From Narcine bancroftii (Eukaryota), in NCBI RefSeq assembly GCF_036971445.1, contig NC_091472.1, forward strand, positions 27,838,001-27,902,000: a stretch of DNA of 64,000 nucleotides, given 5' to 3'. The translations under genes and the position numbers were made by a program. The notes under the pieces are model-generated. The model searched no databases, was not told where the DNA came from, and was given only the letters and a program-made list of their open reading frames with translations. Every line of letters starts with the position of its first letter. Position 1 is the first letter of the stretch. This document shows, piece after piece, positions 50,201 to 64,000 of this stretch.

Positions 50201-50999
50201 CCTTGTTCTCCATTCCTATTCCTGCAGCCCGCAAGTTATTTTCCCTTGCACCTTGCAAAATGACAACTGCTGCAATTTAGAGTTAGAGGTATCCCTTTCT
50301 GCAGAAAATAAATATTAAGTGGAGACAGAGAGCATAATTGAGAAAATAAGCAGTGCCATGTCAAACATGGGAGGAACGCAGATGACATCACAAAGTTTAA
50401 TGGACCCACCACCAAAATCTCCCCTCAGCCAGAAAACATGTGAAATTCCATGAGGAAGTGGACATTCAACACTGCAGAAAATGTAAAAGCCTATAATAAA
50501 GATAGCTTCGTTCTTGGTCATTTTAAGAATCTAGGAGAATTGGGGGAAGTCAACAGGACTTCAGATCCATTGAACATAATGATGTTTGAAATAACAACAA
50601 AGCCTCAAAAAACCTATTGAATCTCAGAGGTGATTCTTAAGCAAGTTCAGCACTTCCTATTTTGTGTGAAGAAATGGCTCACTATTATATGGACTAAATT
50701 GTCATTTTTTTTCCTGATGGACAAGATATGGTTATCAAATGCTGATGACATCGCTTGGATTTGCTGTCCTAACATAATAAACTTCCATTTGTTAGTTTTA
50801 AAGTGACTATGCCTCAGTGGAGCACAAAAAATAGGATATCTCTATTTAGGTACAGACTTTCTAGAAACGGATGATTAGCAGTTCCCTGTAATCCCCAATG
50901 GGGTTTTTGTTTGTGCCGACAAAGCAGATTGTTCAACAAAATACAATATGTGATGCTGGGATCCCAGGGCCACATCTACAAAGCTCTCCTTGTGATAAG

Positions 51000-51200
51000 G
51001 AATAGGAATTTCCAGGAGTAATGGTAGAACTAGATATAATTGTCGTGTTTAAGAGGTTTCTAGTTAGACGCATGAACGTGCAGGGGATAGAGGGATAGTA
51101 TATAATACACAAGCGGCAGAGTTTTAGTTTCATTTGGGAATCATGCTCGATGCAGACACATGGGCCAAAAGGCTGTACTGTGCTTTGTTGCATGTTCTTA
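51000..51200 (+). mobile_element. CR1 3' UTR fragment
   Basis: tttaagagg...agacgcatgaac...tgggccaaaaggctgtactgtgct. Confidence 0.65.
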
Positions 51201-52469
51201 ACTATGATTTAGTGTATGTGATTTTTATGTAGGTAGGTTACAGTCCATACTAACAGATACTTGTGGCAAAACTGTTTATCTAGATGAGTTGATATGTACA
51301 TATAACACAAACCATGGTATAACACATTATTGATAACAAATTATAATCTTGATGCTATAATCAAGCTTGGTTTCTTCCACTAGAGATCAGATAATAGCTC
51401 TGTATATCTTAATGTTCTGGGTTCAAGTCATACTCGAAAGACATTAATTCAAAGTCCTCGGTTATTGTTCTCTTGAAGAATCTTGGCACGTTCATCATGA
51501 GAAATAAAATTATACTCACCTGTTCTTACAGAAGAAAACAAAAATACATTAGCAATATTTCAGGGACATCTGGCTATACTTATCCTTCAGTGCAACTGAA
51601 ATGGATGATCTGGTTGCTTATCCTATCGCTGTTTCTGCTGCCAGCATTTTACAAAGTTCTAATTAGCTTTGTTATTTATTAGCAACCGAAAGACTCCACA
51701 TAAATGCCAGTTCCTTTTTTTCCAGACCAAAGCTCTTCACTATTGATGCCTTTCATTAACTTTACTCTCTGTAATGATCTCTTCTAAAAAATTTTTGAAA
51801 TGCTATTTTGCTGTTCACATAATCCATCATCAACAATGTTGTGCTTGTCACATATAATTGAACCTCAGGGACATGGCTGTTATGCACGACACACATATCT
51901 GAGTCAATGCTGTACCATTTTTATCCATCTACTATTTCCAAATGCAGGAATTTGGTATCTGGAATATAATAGGTGAACAGTGAAGATATAATTTACGTCT
52001 GTTTTAACTGGAATGTCACCAAAATCACTCCTATGCAATGTTTTATGCTTAATTTAGATCAACAAACACAAGCTTCATGCCCAGAGTTTCACATGAAACT
52101 TGTTGTCTTTTGTTCTGAGTCTAAGAAGTTGGACAAAAGGAATGTAAACCATTTCTAAATTATGCAGTTGTATTTCAAAGTAAGGGTCGTCAAGCCGCAT
52201 GCCTTTTAAATTGAGCATGTCCAGTGGTCACAAACAAAAGAATGTGAATGTCAAGTGTTTGGTGGCATTATCATCCCAACTGTTGCAGTTGAGAAGTGTT
52301 TGTCACTGATTGTCAAATCCAACAAACCTGCAATTGAAATCGAGGTAAAAATCGCAGGGCACCATGGATGGGGGTCATTGGGCGCACCGGTCTGTTTCCA
52401 GTACAAAGTGATTAGGGCTCTGCTATTGATTCTGCCTCATGCGCTGGTTAACGATGCTCAGCAAAGGTC

Positions 52470-52960
52470 ATGTGATGCTGCGCAGTGGTTCAGCAGCTAA
52501 CACTGCTCCCCCGCGCCCTCATTGACTTGATCCTGACCTTGGCTGCCAATTGTGTGGAGTTTGCGTGCTCTCCCTATGAATGTGTGAGTTTTTGCCAGCG
52601 TGCCCCAATTTCCTCCCACGCCAAAGACTAGCTGGTTGGTCAGTCAAATGCCCACTGTAAATTTCCCCTCACTTAGCTGGTTGGTAAGAGAATCATAATC
52701 CAAATTTATTGTCATGAACAAGTCATAAAATTTGTTGTTTTGCAGGAGTGTCACAGTGCGAACATTCATAATAACCACCTGACCACGATAAATAAAACTA
52801 GTCCAAGAAAAATCAAAGTAAGGCAGTGTCTTTTGTTCATTGATCATTCAGGAATCTGACAGCAGCGGGGAATTGGGGAGAGTTGATGGGGATGGATGAG
52901 GGGAGAAAGATATGAGGGATGTCCTGAGCCAAACGATGTGTTTCTGGGCTACTTGACTCG
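52470..52960 (+). mobile_element. V-SINE interrupted by a Rex1-like 3' UTR fragment (about 52690-52870, minus strand)
   Basis: tgtgtggagtttgcgtgctctccc core; the insert resembles 9440-9620. Confidence 0.7.
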
Positions 52961-53054
52961 ATGACTACATGCAACTGCAAGAGAAACATGGTTCTGTTGC
53001 TGCCCGAAAGTCACAATGTCAGGGAAATGCTCGGATCAAATGGGCGGCTGCCCA

Positions 53055-53190
53055 CATTTTGCTCATATCTTGATGAAGGGCTGAAGCCCCAAATGTTGGT
53101 TATGTGCCTTCATGTTTGACGGTTTGACCTGCTGAGTTTCCCCATCATTGCATTTTTACTTCAATCACAGTGACTGGAGACTTTAGTGAT
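53055..53190 (+). mobile_element. Penelope-like remnant
   Basis: ttgatgaagggctgaagcccc...gacctgctgagtttcc. Confidence 0.6.
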
Positions 53191-53733
53191 TTTAACCCAG
53201 TCAACAAAGAATCAACCTCGGGCATCTGGTGGTTCAGATAGTAACAGAAGCTTCCTTGCAGTTTCCTTAGGAGGAAGTGCAACCAGATTCAGCTAACCTT
53301 CTCTGTGTTGTTGAAGGAAGCAATTTGGACCTTGGCCAAAATATTTTTGCATATCCCGAATTCAATAGATCTTTGAATAACATAAATCACCTTGGCTCAG
53401 GTCCGAAACTTTGCTTCTTATAGATTCTGCTGAATTTCTTTAGTAGTTTGGTGCATTGCTCTACAATCGCCGTGTCTGGAGTCACTGTTTAATCCTAACT
53501 ATAAATTAGGCAACACAATTCCATGAGTGAACATTCTTGTTGATATCTTTTGGAAGGTCCTCAATGGGAATATTGGAGGGGAATAGTATAGAACCTTTTA
53601 TTGAACACTGGAAGGGGAAAGGAATGGATCTTTTGAAGAAGAAGAGTTTGAAGAAGCCTTTTGTGGGATGTAAATGTAAATATGGAGGACATGGATCCAG
53701 AGAATATCTCATGTACGTAAGGGTTAATATAAA

Positions 53734-54087
53734 TGTTACAAGATCAAACCAGCAACCACAAAGAAGGCCTATCACACAGGGGTAAAAATGAACAATTACT
53801 TTATTAACAAAAAAATTCACCTTCAAACTTTAAGTCAAAATCCCCCCTTTTATAACAATGCCCACTGGTTACTATGGAAATTTCTATAACAGTGTAAAAT
53901 TAATAAATTCCCCAGGCTAAATATAACATAAGTAATTAAAGTCTAAGTTATATTTCCAACCAGCCCACAGAAAAACTTAGACACAAAACAAACACAAAAC
54001 ACACAAGACTCATAAAACTTCGATCTCAACTGAAGCAAAGATCATAAACAAAATTCAGTTTGTTTGGTAAATCGAAGCCAAAAGATC

Positions 54088-54148
<61 letters not shown>

Positions 54149-54458
54149 AGGAACAACTGGCTGGGTCCGGATCCTTCTGGCTGCCTTCAGAATGTTCATC
54201 CTTTTAGAAATCCCAACATTCTAAACTGTCCTCCAGACCATGACTCATGCTCTGGGCCTTCTTCCATGCCACAGCACCACCCAGTGGTGGTTTATCGTAC
54301 AAGTCCAGAAATTTTTAGATCATTTTCTGCACATGCTCAGTCCGTCTCCCACTCTCTCAGCAGTCCACCTTCATCTTGGCTCTCTAAGGCAAACTGTAAC
54401 TTTTTAACATAAAACCACACAACACATAGGCCAATACACAACACAGAACTCTGTAAAA
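53734..54458 (-). mobile_element. Probable solo LTR with internal (GA)n at about 54091-54147
   Basis: TGTTACA.../...TGTAAAA termini; flanks ATAAA/ATAAC; TTTATT (AATAAA on the minus strand) near 53800. Confidence 0.55.
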
Positions 54459-56199
54459 ATAACTAGACATAGTATTCACAAAAATTGGCCCCAGGGCATA
54501 TTGCGAATCATTAAAGCACAAAATAAGGCAATGATTCCCATTTATGAATAAATGGAAAAATGTAGTCAAAATTATGCTTACAAAGCCCCACAATTCATGC
54601 AAGTGTTAACCTTGTTGATTATCTGAATTGTTTAATTGGAGCAAATTAGTCAAGAAATGGTTTAAGCTAGAATGGTCCAACTATTAGCCTAGAGTTAAGC
54701 AAAAATGTCCTTATTTCAGCTTTTTAAAAAAAAATAATGATTTTAAAGTTTAAAAACTGAGCTTAACTTGTTTATGCATTCTTTAAGAAGTTCATATTGT
54801 TTCTGAATCCATAACCTGAAAAGAGAGCATGTTTTGTATTTTTACAGGTGCATGTGACAATTCCCTTCTAGCATATTGTGTTAATATGCAATATATATCA
54901 ATTGTAGTACAGCTTCATATGTACCTCAAATGTCGCAATGTTCACAAAATGTTTCAAGATAATTGGAAGTAATGAGCCCCTGAAGTCAGAAGCAATGACT
55001 GGGTGAAAGCAATTTAGTTGATGCCAATAATGCAAAGAACTTAAGGTTTAACTATGGATCTGGATCAATCAACCTGTTTTTCTCCTAAGCAGAAGCCAAA
55101 GGACATCAATTAATAGAGAAAGCAGTTAATTGAGGACAGGATGTCAGTAAATAAATGATGTTTGTGTGAATGATTCCTTGTATTTTGACTTGTTAATTTT
55201 GTCTGATGGGATGGAGAAAAAGACAAGGATGTGGTGATTCATTGGGGGATTAGATAATAAGATTAGGACTATTATATGATGCTCTCTGAATCAACAAATA
55301 TATAATAGCATGAACAGAGATGGTCAACAAGGTTCTGACCTTCCTCAAACCTGCATGAACCTTATAAGATAGACAAAATATTATAGAACCATCCGGAGAT
55401 GTAAAGCATCTCCATGTTCTGTGATTTTATGACTCTAATTTTCTTGTTGTCATCTTAAACTCTCCATGTTTGCAGTATTTGGAATTAGGTTACTCTTCTC
55501 ATTAAAGCACCTGTTTGGTCAGATAGAATTAAATTTTAGCAAATAGTGTTGCAGTGGGTGCAAAGTGGTTGATTTGATGGAGGTGGGGTGAGGGTTGAGG
55601 GTGTGGTTGGGGTTGTGGCATCTGAGTGTTTATTTTTACTGCCTGTGCAGTTTTCTGGTAGATGCCAACCACTGTCTTGTCAAACCCTTGCCTGTCACAG
55701 ATCTTCCATTGGCTGATTTTTGCTGCAGAAACCCTAATTTCAGTTTGTTAATTTCTGTTTCACTTATAACTTAACCCTTTGGACTCCAGCCATTTTTTTT
55801 TTACCTTTCATAGTACAGTATACATTTTGGACTGAAAATTCACAGTACAAATACCACTATGAACCAGCTGGTGGTTGGGTATAAAACCAGTCTCAAGAAA
55901 TGGGAACAAGGAGTGTATGTGTTTGTTGAAGACCTGAAAACTGGGACACAGAGTCCAAGGAGTTAACCTTGTTTGGCTTAGATGCAATTCCAGAACCACA
56001 TGTTGGCTTTTAACTGCCTCCCCAGTTCAAGGGACAGCTTGTGATGAACAATAAATGCTGGCATGTTCACAAACTAGGGTGAATAATCTTTGAAAAAATA
56101 TATCTTTGGATAAATTGTTCAAAATATGAATGTTTGAAGTTTGTTTCATATTAAATGGACAAATGATGTGAATGCTCTAACATGCTGGCATTTTAAGTA

Positions 56200-56715
56200 T
56201 CTATTTATGCCCATTGCATTTCCTAACACTTATGCCCATAGCTTTCTATGCTTCAAATGCTTCTCTGAATACTTAGTGTTGTGAGGGTATCTGCCTCCAC
56301 CAGTTCCTCACACTGGTGATTCCAACTTCCAACCAACCTCTGTATGTAAGAAATTCTTTCTCAAATCCCTTTTATCTTATACCTTTGCCAGTAGACACAT
56401 TTTTTCACTATCTACCTCATTCAGAATTTTGTATGCCTCAATCAAGTCACTCTCAGACTTCTCTGCTCCAAACGAGAGCCCAGCCTCACCATTGGTGAAA
56501 TACTGCCTCGCAACCAGTATCCCTGGTGAAACACAAAAGCTGCCATTGCTGGAATCTCAAGCAAACAATCAACTACAGGAGGAATTCAGCAGGTTACACA
56601 AGCATTCCTAGGTAGAAATGGTCAGTCGATATTTTGTGTTGAGATCCTTTATCAAGACTGGCTCTTTCTACTGCTGTCTGACTCATTGAGTTCCTCTGGC
56701 AGTTCATTGTTTGCT
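56200..56715. mobile_element. Old CR1 (minus strand) and Penelope fold-back remnants
   Basis: tctgcctccaccag and cctcaatcaagtcactctcagacttct motifs; gctggaatct...gagttcctctggcag. Confidence 0.5.
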
Positions 56716-57439
56716 CAGTAACTCCTCTGGACCCTCTTCATTGCAGAGGAGTTCCTTCAAATAACGTGGTTTCCAACTGTGACCTAAATAATATTGACAG
56801 GGTTTCTTGGGCATGCACACCAGGTTTCCTCTGTTATGTTGGGTTTCTTTGACTGCCAGCAATTTTCTTTGAGGGGAGAAAGAAGACAAAAGTGACTTTA
56901 TATGCTGGAATCTGGGACATAAATCAGACCACTGGAAGAACTCATCAGGTCAAGTAGCATCAGTGGAGTCAAAAGATGTGTGACCCCACCTACACAATCA
57001 TGGGTGGTGCTGCCAATTCACTCTTGAGAATGGAATTTGAAGACCCCGATCTTGTCTTTGCTATTATTTTTTCTCCTCACTTCCACCTTCATAGATTAAA
57101 GTCTCTGTAGCATTAAAAATGATCTGGATTGCAAGAGGTCATTCATAACTGCTTCAGTGTTAGTTCCAAACCATGATTAGCTACTAAATATCAAATAAAC
57201 TGCAGCTGCAGAAAATCTGAAATAAAATTGGGAAGTGCTGGAAGGACTCAGCAAGGCAGCACTTTTGCTGTAGTGATTAGTATAGTGTGTTCTCTCATTG
57301 TCATATACAAGTCCTGTGCTTGCTTTCATAGATCAGCGGGATGCTGGTTGCAGGTTTTGTCCATGGCCACAGTCGAAGAAATTGTATGGAAATTGTAAGA
57401 AATTGTTTGAGGACAGAATCCATAAATTGTACCCTTTTT

Positions 57440-57443
<4 letters not shown>

Positions 57444-57500
<57 letters not shown>
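57444..57500. repeat. (CT)n microsatellite
   Basis: Directly visible. Confidence 0.97.
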
Positions 57501-57501
<1 letters not shown>

Positions 57502-58027
57502 CCCCCCCCACAGAAATGCCATTTTACCAGTTGAATCATGGCAGCATTTTCTGACAATTTTCTGAAATTTTATTGCTCAGTGGTAAAGATCGTGTAGGGA
57601 GTAGCTCTGGAATAATCTGACTGGCAAGGAGAACTCAGTCTAGTTACAAATTTTCTTAGTGTGTTATCAAATGCTCCAGTTGTTCTGAAGTGACCCCAGC
57701 TGGGTAACATTTGAACCAAAATTAAATTGTTCTTTTCAAGGTTCTATAATTATGAGAAAATCATGGGTCAGGTATTTTACTTTTGCATGCTTTTATTCTT
57801 TCCCACTATAACTCACCAGCTCAATATTTATTTTGATTTAAATGATGTCCCAATTTTCAAGTCTTTGTTAACATGAGCATTTGGCTTATGCCCAAAGTAT
57901 AAGTTGCTTCTCCTGGTCACAAAAATATTTTTGGAATGGCCATTAAGGATGATATCACAACATTCAGCAAATGAAAATGCAACACAGTCAGGGTGAACAG
58001 GTAAAATGTTGCTTTACTCGGTCTTCA

Positions 58028-58159
58028 GGTTCAAATTTATTATCATCAAGTAAAGCCCAGTGAAAGAGCATTCTCCAGTCCTCAGTGCAAAAACACGCAG
58101 ACACACATATGGACATAACGCACATATAGACAAGCGATATGTATGCAGTGCGTATGTAA

Positions 58160-58248
<89 letters not shown>

Positions 58249-58592
58249 ATTAATTAAATATTGTTAAATAAATGGTGGTCTTGGAAGGTTTGTATGAGCA
58301 GTTCATCAGATGTTCAGCAGTCTCACTGCCCATGGGAAGAGAATGTTTCCCAGCCTAGTGGTTCTGATTGTGATACTCCTGTATCTCTTTCCCGACAGGA
58401 AACAACTTCTTCCCGCAATCCTAAAAGTCCATAAATTATTCTTATATATATTTATTTTGGATCACTATGTATATACAGTATGTAGGTTTTGTGTAGGGTG
58501 TACTGTGTGTGTGCGCACTGTGGTCCAAAAATACACTGTTTCACCAGGTTGCATATGTACAATCAGATGACACTAAAATTGAACTTGAACTT
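58028..58592. mobile_element. Two Rex1-like 3' ends in opposite orientations, with (AC)n(AT)n microsatellite at 58161-58242
   Basis: The minus copy (58028-58400) matches 30283-30580. The plus copy ends cagatgacactaaaattgaacttgaactt. Confidence 0.75.
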
Positions 58593-58889
58593 CTACCAGC
58601 TAACTTAGTCATCTGTCAACAGAAACCTGAGAGAAGATGTCTGCAATGTGCTCGTTGGTTTGAAAAACAAGGACGGAAAGTGTTGGATATTCTTGACAAG
58701 TTAGGGACCATCTGTGAAGAGAGAGATCAAGCCTGTTATATGTCTCCCCTCTCCTGAAGGAGCCAAAGTCTCCCATTCCTACCAATGGGAAAAGATTGAA
58801 TAAAAGTAACTTCTCATGTGAATTTTATTTCAATGTGGGAAACTAAAAGACACTTCACACCTTCCTAACAAATGTATTTGCCACTAGAG

Positions 58890-59165
58890 CAGTGGTTCTC
58901 AACCTTTTCCTTTCCACCCACATACCACTTTAAGTATTCCCTATTGCATAGGTGCTCTGTGATTAGTAAGGGATTGCTTAAGGTGGTTTGTGGGTGGAAA
59001 GAAAAAGTTTGAAAACCACTGTTTTAATCGTACCTAATTGACTCACTATGTGCATGGTTTCATAACTCCAAAGGAAATGGGCCAATGACAATTTTACTCA
59101 AGAAAATTGTTTCAGTAACAATTGGGTCTAGAGCAGTGATTCTCAACCTTCCCTTCCCACTCACA
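58890..59165. mobile_element. Second copy of the two-module hAT MITE, truncated
   Basis: Colinear with 29478-29752; preceded by CACTAGAG. Confidence 0.88.
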
Positions 59166-59750
59166 AAGTTAGCCAGTACCACCCAGAGTTCGGAGATGAA
59201 TTGTGTCCCTCGGTCCGAAGTGAGGTGCTTCGAGACCTTGAATCGGGACCCCATGTGTCAACGAGTGCCCTGATGCAGGTTTCTATGGTGGTATCAGCCA
59301 GTGGGACCACCTCACCTATGAGAAATCGGTAATGGCCTCACTAAGTCAATGTGGACATGGCTGAACCTGCACCACGCCAGCTCAAAAGTCTGTATGGGCA
59401 CTCTGATGTGAACCTGCACTTTGGAGGACAGACAGTCGTGTAGGTCTTGGCCTATTGAGTGACCTGTTTATGGAGGCCATGCCAGATAAACCTGTTGGCC
59501 TGAATTTTGATCATCGTGGATGGCAGAGTGTGCCAGGTTGTGTATTGCCTCAAAAACCTGGTGCCTCTATGCAGCCGGGACGATGGGGCAGGGGCTGCTG
59601 GTAGAAATATCACACAGCAGTGTCAGGTTACCTGGGCCGACCAGAGCATCCTCCACCCTGAGAACAGAGACACCTGTCCTGTAAGTGGGGATTTCAGGGT
59701 CTTGTTGCTGTGCTTTGGCGAGGACCATGTGAGGGTAGAAATAGGAAGTT
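59166..59750 (-). mobile_element. Gypsy integrase fragment (a different family from 15358-19775)
   Basis: RFKVSKHLTSDRGTQFISELW; RFSHVHIDL and RFIWHGL remnants. Confidence 0.8.
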
Positions 59751-61880
59751 GTGGAGGATGAATGTGTGGCTCAGGAGCTGGTGCAGCGGCACGGCAGTGG
59801 TTTAGATTTCTGGATCATTGGAATATCTTCTGGGGAAAGTCAGACATGCACAAGAGGGCTGGCTGTACTTGTACTGGAGGGGGACTATATCCTGGTGGCC
59901 AGATTTGCTAGAGTTGTTGGTGAGCATTTAAACTAATTTGGCAGGATGGTGGGAATCAGAATAAGAGGGTGACCATGTGGAAATATGATATTTTGGCCAT
60001 CGGTGAAACTTGGTTTCAGGAAGGGCATGTTTGGCAGTTAAGTATTCCAGGATTCCGTTGTTTTCGGCATGATAGGACAGGGAATAAAAGGTGGAGGAGT
60101 TGCATTACTTATTAGCGAGAACATTGTAGCAGTGCTGTAGCAGTGCTGTAGCAGAATGGATTGGTGGGATTGTACAACGAGGCTATTTGGGTGGAATTGT
60201 GGAATAGCAGAAGTATGAATACATTAATAGGAGTGTATTATAGACCACCAAATTGGCTAAGGGAATTAGAGGAGCAAATTTGTAAGGCGATTGTTTATAT
60301 GTGTAATATGGGAGATTTCAACTTTCTGAACATTAACTGGGACACCCATACAGTAAGAGGGCTGGATGGGGTAGAGTTTGTTAAGTGTGTTCAGGCAAGT
60401 TTTCTGAATCAATACGTAGAAGAACTGACTCGAGAGGGAGTAGTATTGGATCTCCTATCAGGGAATGAGGTAGGTCAGGTGACAGGTTTGTGCTGGGGAA
60501 CACTTTGGGTCTAGTGATCACAATACTATTAGTTTTAGGCTAGTAATGGAAAATAATAGAGGTGGGCCAAAGGTTGAGATTCTTTATTGGAAGAGAGCAA
60601 ATTTTGAGGGGATGAGAAAAGATTTGGAGGGTGTGGATTGGGATAAGATATTTTCCGAGAATAACGTAGCTGATAAATGGAGGCTATTCAAAGAATAGGT
60701 TCTGAAAGTCCAGAGCTGATATGTCCCCGTGAGGATTAAAGGAAAGGTTAGAAACTGTAAAGAACCTTAGTTTTCAAAAGATATTGGAAACTTGATTCAG
60801 AGGAAGAGAGAATTGCACAACAATTATAAACTGCAAGGAAGGGATGAACTGCTTGAGGAATTATAAAAAAAATCTGAAGAAGGAAATTAAAATGCTAAAA
60901 GGAGATATGAAGCTGCTTTGGCAGGAAAAGTAAAAATAAATCCAAGGGGTTTCTATAGATGCATTAAAAGTTAAAAAAAAATAGTGAGGGATAAAATTGG
61001 ACCCCCTGAAGATGAGGGGGTAGGTTCTGTGAGAAACCAGAGGAGATAGGTGAAATTTTACATTTTTTTTTCTTCTGTATTCATTAAGGAAAATGACGTT
61101 GAGCCAGATAAAGTGAAGAAATATGGTAGGGAACTCATGGATAATGTAAGAATTATTGAGGGGGTTGTGTTGGCTATATTGAAAAATATCAAGATGGATA
61201 AATCTCTGGGTCCTGACAAAATATTCCCTTGGACAATGAAGCAGGTTAGTGAACAAATAGTGGGGGCATTGACAGAAATAATTAAAATGTCACTGGCCAC
61301 AGGGGAAGTGCCAGAGGACTGGAGGGTGGCTCGTGTTGTTCCGCTGTTAAAAAAAGGATCCAAAAGTTGAAATGGTAATTATAGTCCTGTAAGTCTGATT
61401 TCAGTGGTGGGTAAATTAATGGGAAGTATTTTTAGAGATGGTATATACAAAGACAGGGATTGATTCTGAATAGTCAGCCTGGTTTTGTATGTGGTAGATC
61501 ATATCTAACCAATCTTATAGAGCTTTTTGAGGAGGTTACTAAAAAGGTGGATGTTGTCTATTTGGTCTTTAGTAAGGCTTTTGATAAGATTACCCATAAG
61601 AGGTTAGTAAGGAAAGTGGAAGCATTAAGTATTAATGAAGTAGTGAGATGAATTCAGCAATTGTTGGATGGGAGATGCCAGAGAAGTGGTGGAAAATTGT
61701 TTGTCGAACTGGAGGCCAGTGTTGAGGGGAGTGCCTCAGGGATCATTACTGGGTCCACTGCTGTTTATCATGCATATTGACGACCTAGATGATAGGATGA
61801 CAAATTGAACTAGTAAATTGGCAGATGATACAAAGGTTGGCAGTTTTGTGGATAGCAAGGAAGATTATCAAAGCTTCCAG

Positions 61881-62883
61881 CAGTGGTTCCCAACATTTTT
61901 TATGTCCCGCACCCCTAAAAATATTTAATATGTTCTTGCACCCCTTAAAGTAATAATTTATTTAAGAATAAAGGTGAAGGTGACCAAAACAAATTTGTAT
62001 AATCAAGTTTTAATAATATATAAACAAAAATGAAGCATATGGAAAAGAAAAAATATTACAACAAATTAAAAGTTGCATAAACCCTACAAAAAAATAAAAT
62101 TTTCATCCATGCATGAAATTTCTTTAAAAAAATTATGTTCATAAGCCAATTTAAATTTAATGTCTCTTTTGTTCCTGTTTATTGCTTAAGAGTTTTTCAA
62201 AACGTGGCACCTTGTTGCTGATAGCAGTCCGCGTGTCTGTCTGGGCACCCAAGCGATTTCTAGATTTTGTCTTGATTGAACAAAAGGACCCTAAATCCAG
62301 ACTCGCATAAGTATGTTGTCGCGAATGGGATGAGCACAGTTAGTGCTTTTTCACAAAGTCGTGGAAACATGTCCATTGCTGAACACCAATATTGTTCCAA
62401 AGTTTTGCTTTCAAACTGCATTTCAAGAACAGAGAGAACCTACTCTGGACATCTGCTCCCTAAAATGATAGAGTGAGAAGAAGACGAAATGACCTGATCC
62501 AGTGTGTAAAAGTAGATGACATAATTTTCTTGTTTATTTTCATTGTGTGATGAAATTGTTTAATGGGTTTATTGTATTGTATATGTTGAATGTTTAATGG
62601 GTTTAGAGGGGGGGAGGTGGGAAGGAGGAGAGCAGGGAGGGGGAAAAAGGGGAAAAAATGCCACTGTGTATATTCAAGAGGGAAATGTTTGTGTGTATTT
62701 TGATTAAATATGATTCATAGTGTTAAATTTTTTTTAAAAATTAAAAAAGAACACGATTTGTGCGCAGTTCAATAAGATCTTCCTTCAGCTCATCAGCATT
62801 CGACATATTATCCAAATTGAAGGAGTATGGATTTATAAAAATAACTGAAATGTTATCTCACACCCCCTGGTTGGGAAACCCTG
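61881..62883 (-). mobile_element. Internally deleted hAT (Charlie-like) transposon retaining the transposase C-terminal dimerisation region
   Basis: TIRs CAGTGGTTCCCAAC / GTTGGGAAACCCTG; TSD GCTTCCAG/GCTTACAG. After removing the nested insert, the minus strand reads EDLIELRTNRVLEMQFESKTLEQYWCSAMDMFPRLCEKALTVLIPFATTYLCESGF. Confidence 0.92.
62432..62746 (+). mobile_element. LINE (probably L1) 3' UTR insertion inside the hAT element
   Basis: G-rich tract, A-rich tail and TSD AAGAACA (62425-62431 and 62747-62753). Confidence 0.75.
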
Positions 62884-64000
62884 GCTTACAGGGTGATGTA
62901 GGACAGTTAGAAGAGTGGGCTGAAAGATGGCAGATGGAGTTTAATACTGATAAATGTGAGGTGCTACATTCTGGTAGGACTAATCAAAATAGGACATACA
63001 CATTAAATGGTAGACAATTGAGGAGTGCAGTGGAACAACGGGAATTTAGGAGTCATGGTAGATAATTCTCTGAAAGTTGAATCACATGTGGATAGGGTGG
63101 TCAAAAAGGGATTCAATAAGTTGGCTTTCATAAATCAGAGTTTAGAACACAGGAGTTGGGATGTTATGATGAAATTGTATAAGGCATTGGTGAGGCCCAC
63201 ATTGGAATAATGTGTGCAGTTTTGGACACCGAATTACAGAAAGGATCTGAACAGTACAGAGAGAATGCAGAGGAGATTTGAGAATGTTGCTGGGGTTTCA
63301 GGATTTGAGTTACATGGAGCAGTCTGGGACTTTATTCCCTGGAGCACAGAAGGCTGAGTGTTGATTTGTTAGAGGTATTCAAAATTATAAGGGGGACGGA
63401 TAGAGTTAATGTGGATAGGCTTTTTTCACAGAGTGGGGGAGATTCAATCAAGAGGGCATGGATTGAGAGTGAAAGGGGAAAAGTTTAAGGGAAACATAAG
63501 GGGAAATTTCTTCATGTAGAGGGTGATGGGGTGTAGAATGAACTTCCAGCAGTGGTGGTAGAAGTGAGATCGATGTTAATATTCAAGGATAGGTTGGATA
63601 GGTATATGGATGGGAGAGGTGTGGAGGGTTAAGGGTTAAATGAGAGTCAGTGGGACTAGGTGGGAGAATATGTTTGGCATGGACTAGTAGGGCCAATCTG
63701 GTTTGTTTCTGTGTGGTTACATGGTTACATGTTTACACTTGAGGTGTGATTTCCTCACTCCATGAGTTGAGTCTTGGAATTGTCTACTTTCCATGGTTGC
63801 GGAAGCATTGCCACTGAGCATACTATGAACTGAGACCGCTGTCCTTAACATGCTCAATGACAATCAGTCCATCTTCCAGCCTACTGTTGATGTGACTTCA
63901 TTTGCATATTTCATTCAGTAAAATTCCAATGGAGGGATAATTTTAGCTCTTAGTATAAGTTTCCCTGCAAACTGGATATAGATATAAATATTCAAATAAG

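Larger units (their letters stand above)
59850..63740 (+). mobile_element. Near-complete decayed CR1 ORF2 (endonuclease and RT) with 3' UTR and tandem tail
   Basis: IGETW, GGGVAL, IGVYYRPP, MGDFNF, KSLGPDKI, VPEDWRVARVVPL, FSKAFDKI, GVPQGS, WAERWQMEFNTDKC; (atggttac)-like tail. Confidence 0.95.

Noticed and set aside
51514-51600. Minus-strand donor CAG|GTGAGT with an upstream acceptor
   Set aside because: The putative exon has stops in all three frames; there is no support as a coding exon.
59060-59273. Integrase-MITE fusion ORF
   Set aside because: Chance read-through across a junction between two truncated elements.

Overview
Repeat-dense, non-genic vertebrate DNA. The repeat inventory (V-SINE/HE1-like SINEs, CR1, Rex1/Babar, RTE, L1, Penelope remnants, Gypsy, hAT and Tc1/pogo elements) points to a cartilaginous fish, probably a ray; this is inference. 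I recognise no intact host protein-coding gene, RNA gene or CRISPR array. The ORFs I can interpret are decayed retroelement fragments or repeat read-through. The most notable structures are: (i) a decayed full-length Gypsy element (15358-19775) with no tRNA primer-binding site but a perfect 14-nt complement to its own LTR, suggesting self-priming; (ii) a very homogeneous 29 x 66-bp tandem array whose unit overlaps a hAT-MITE junction; (iii) a 49-bp palindrome-rich minisatellite born inside a CR1; (iv) several Penelope remnants carrying a hammerhead-ribozyme-like motif with a shared core variant; (v) nested insertions with readable target-site duplications (TSDs); and (vi) a few weak candidate exons and cis-regulatory modules. 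I found no convincing new multi-gene system. Family names come from recognised motifs, not database searches, and the boundaries of old elements are approximate.
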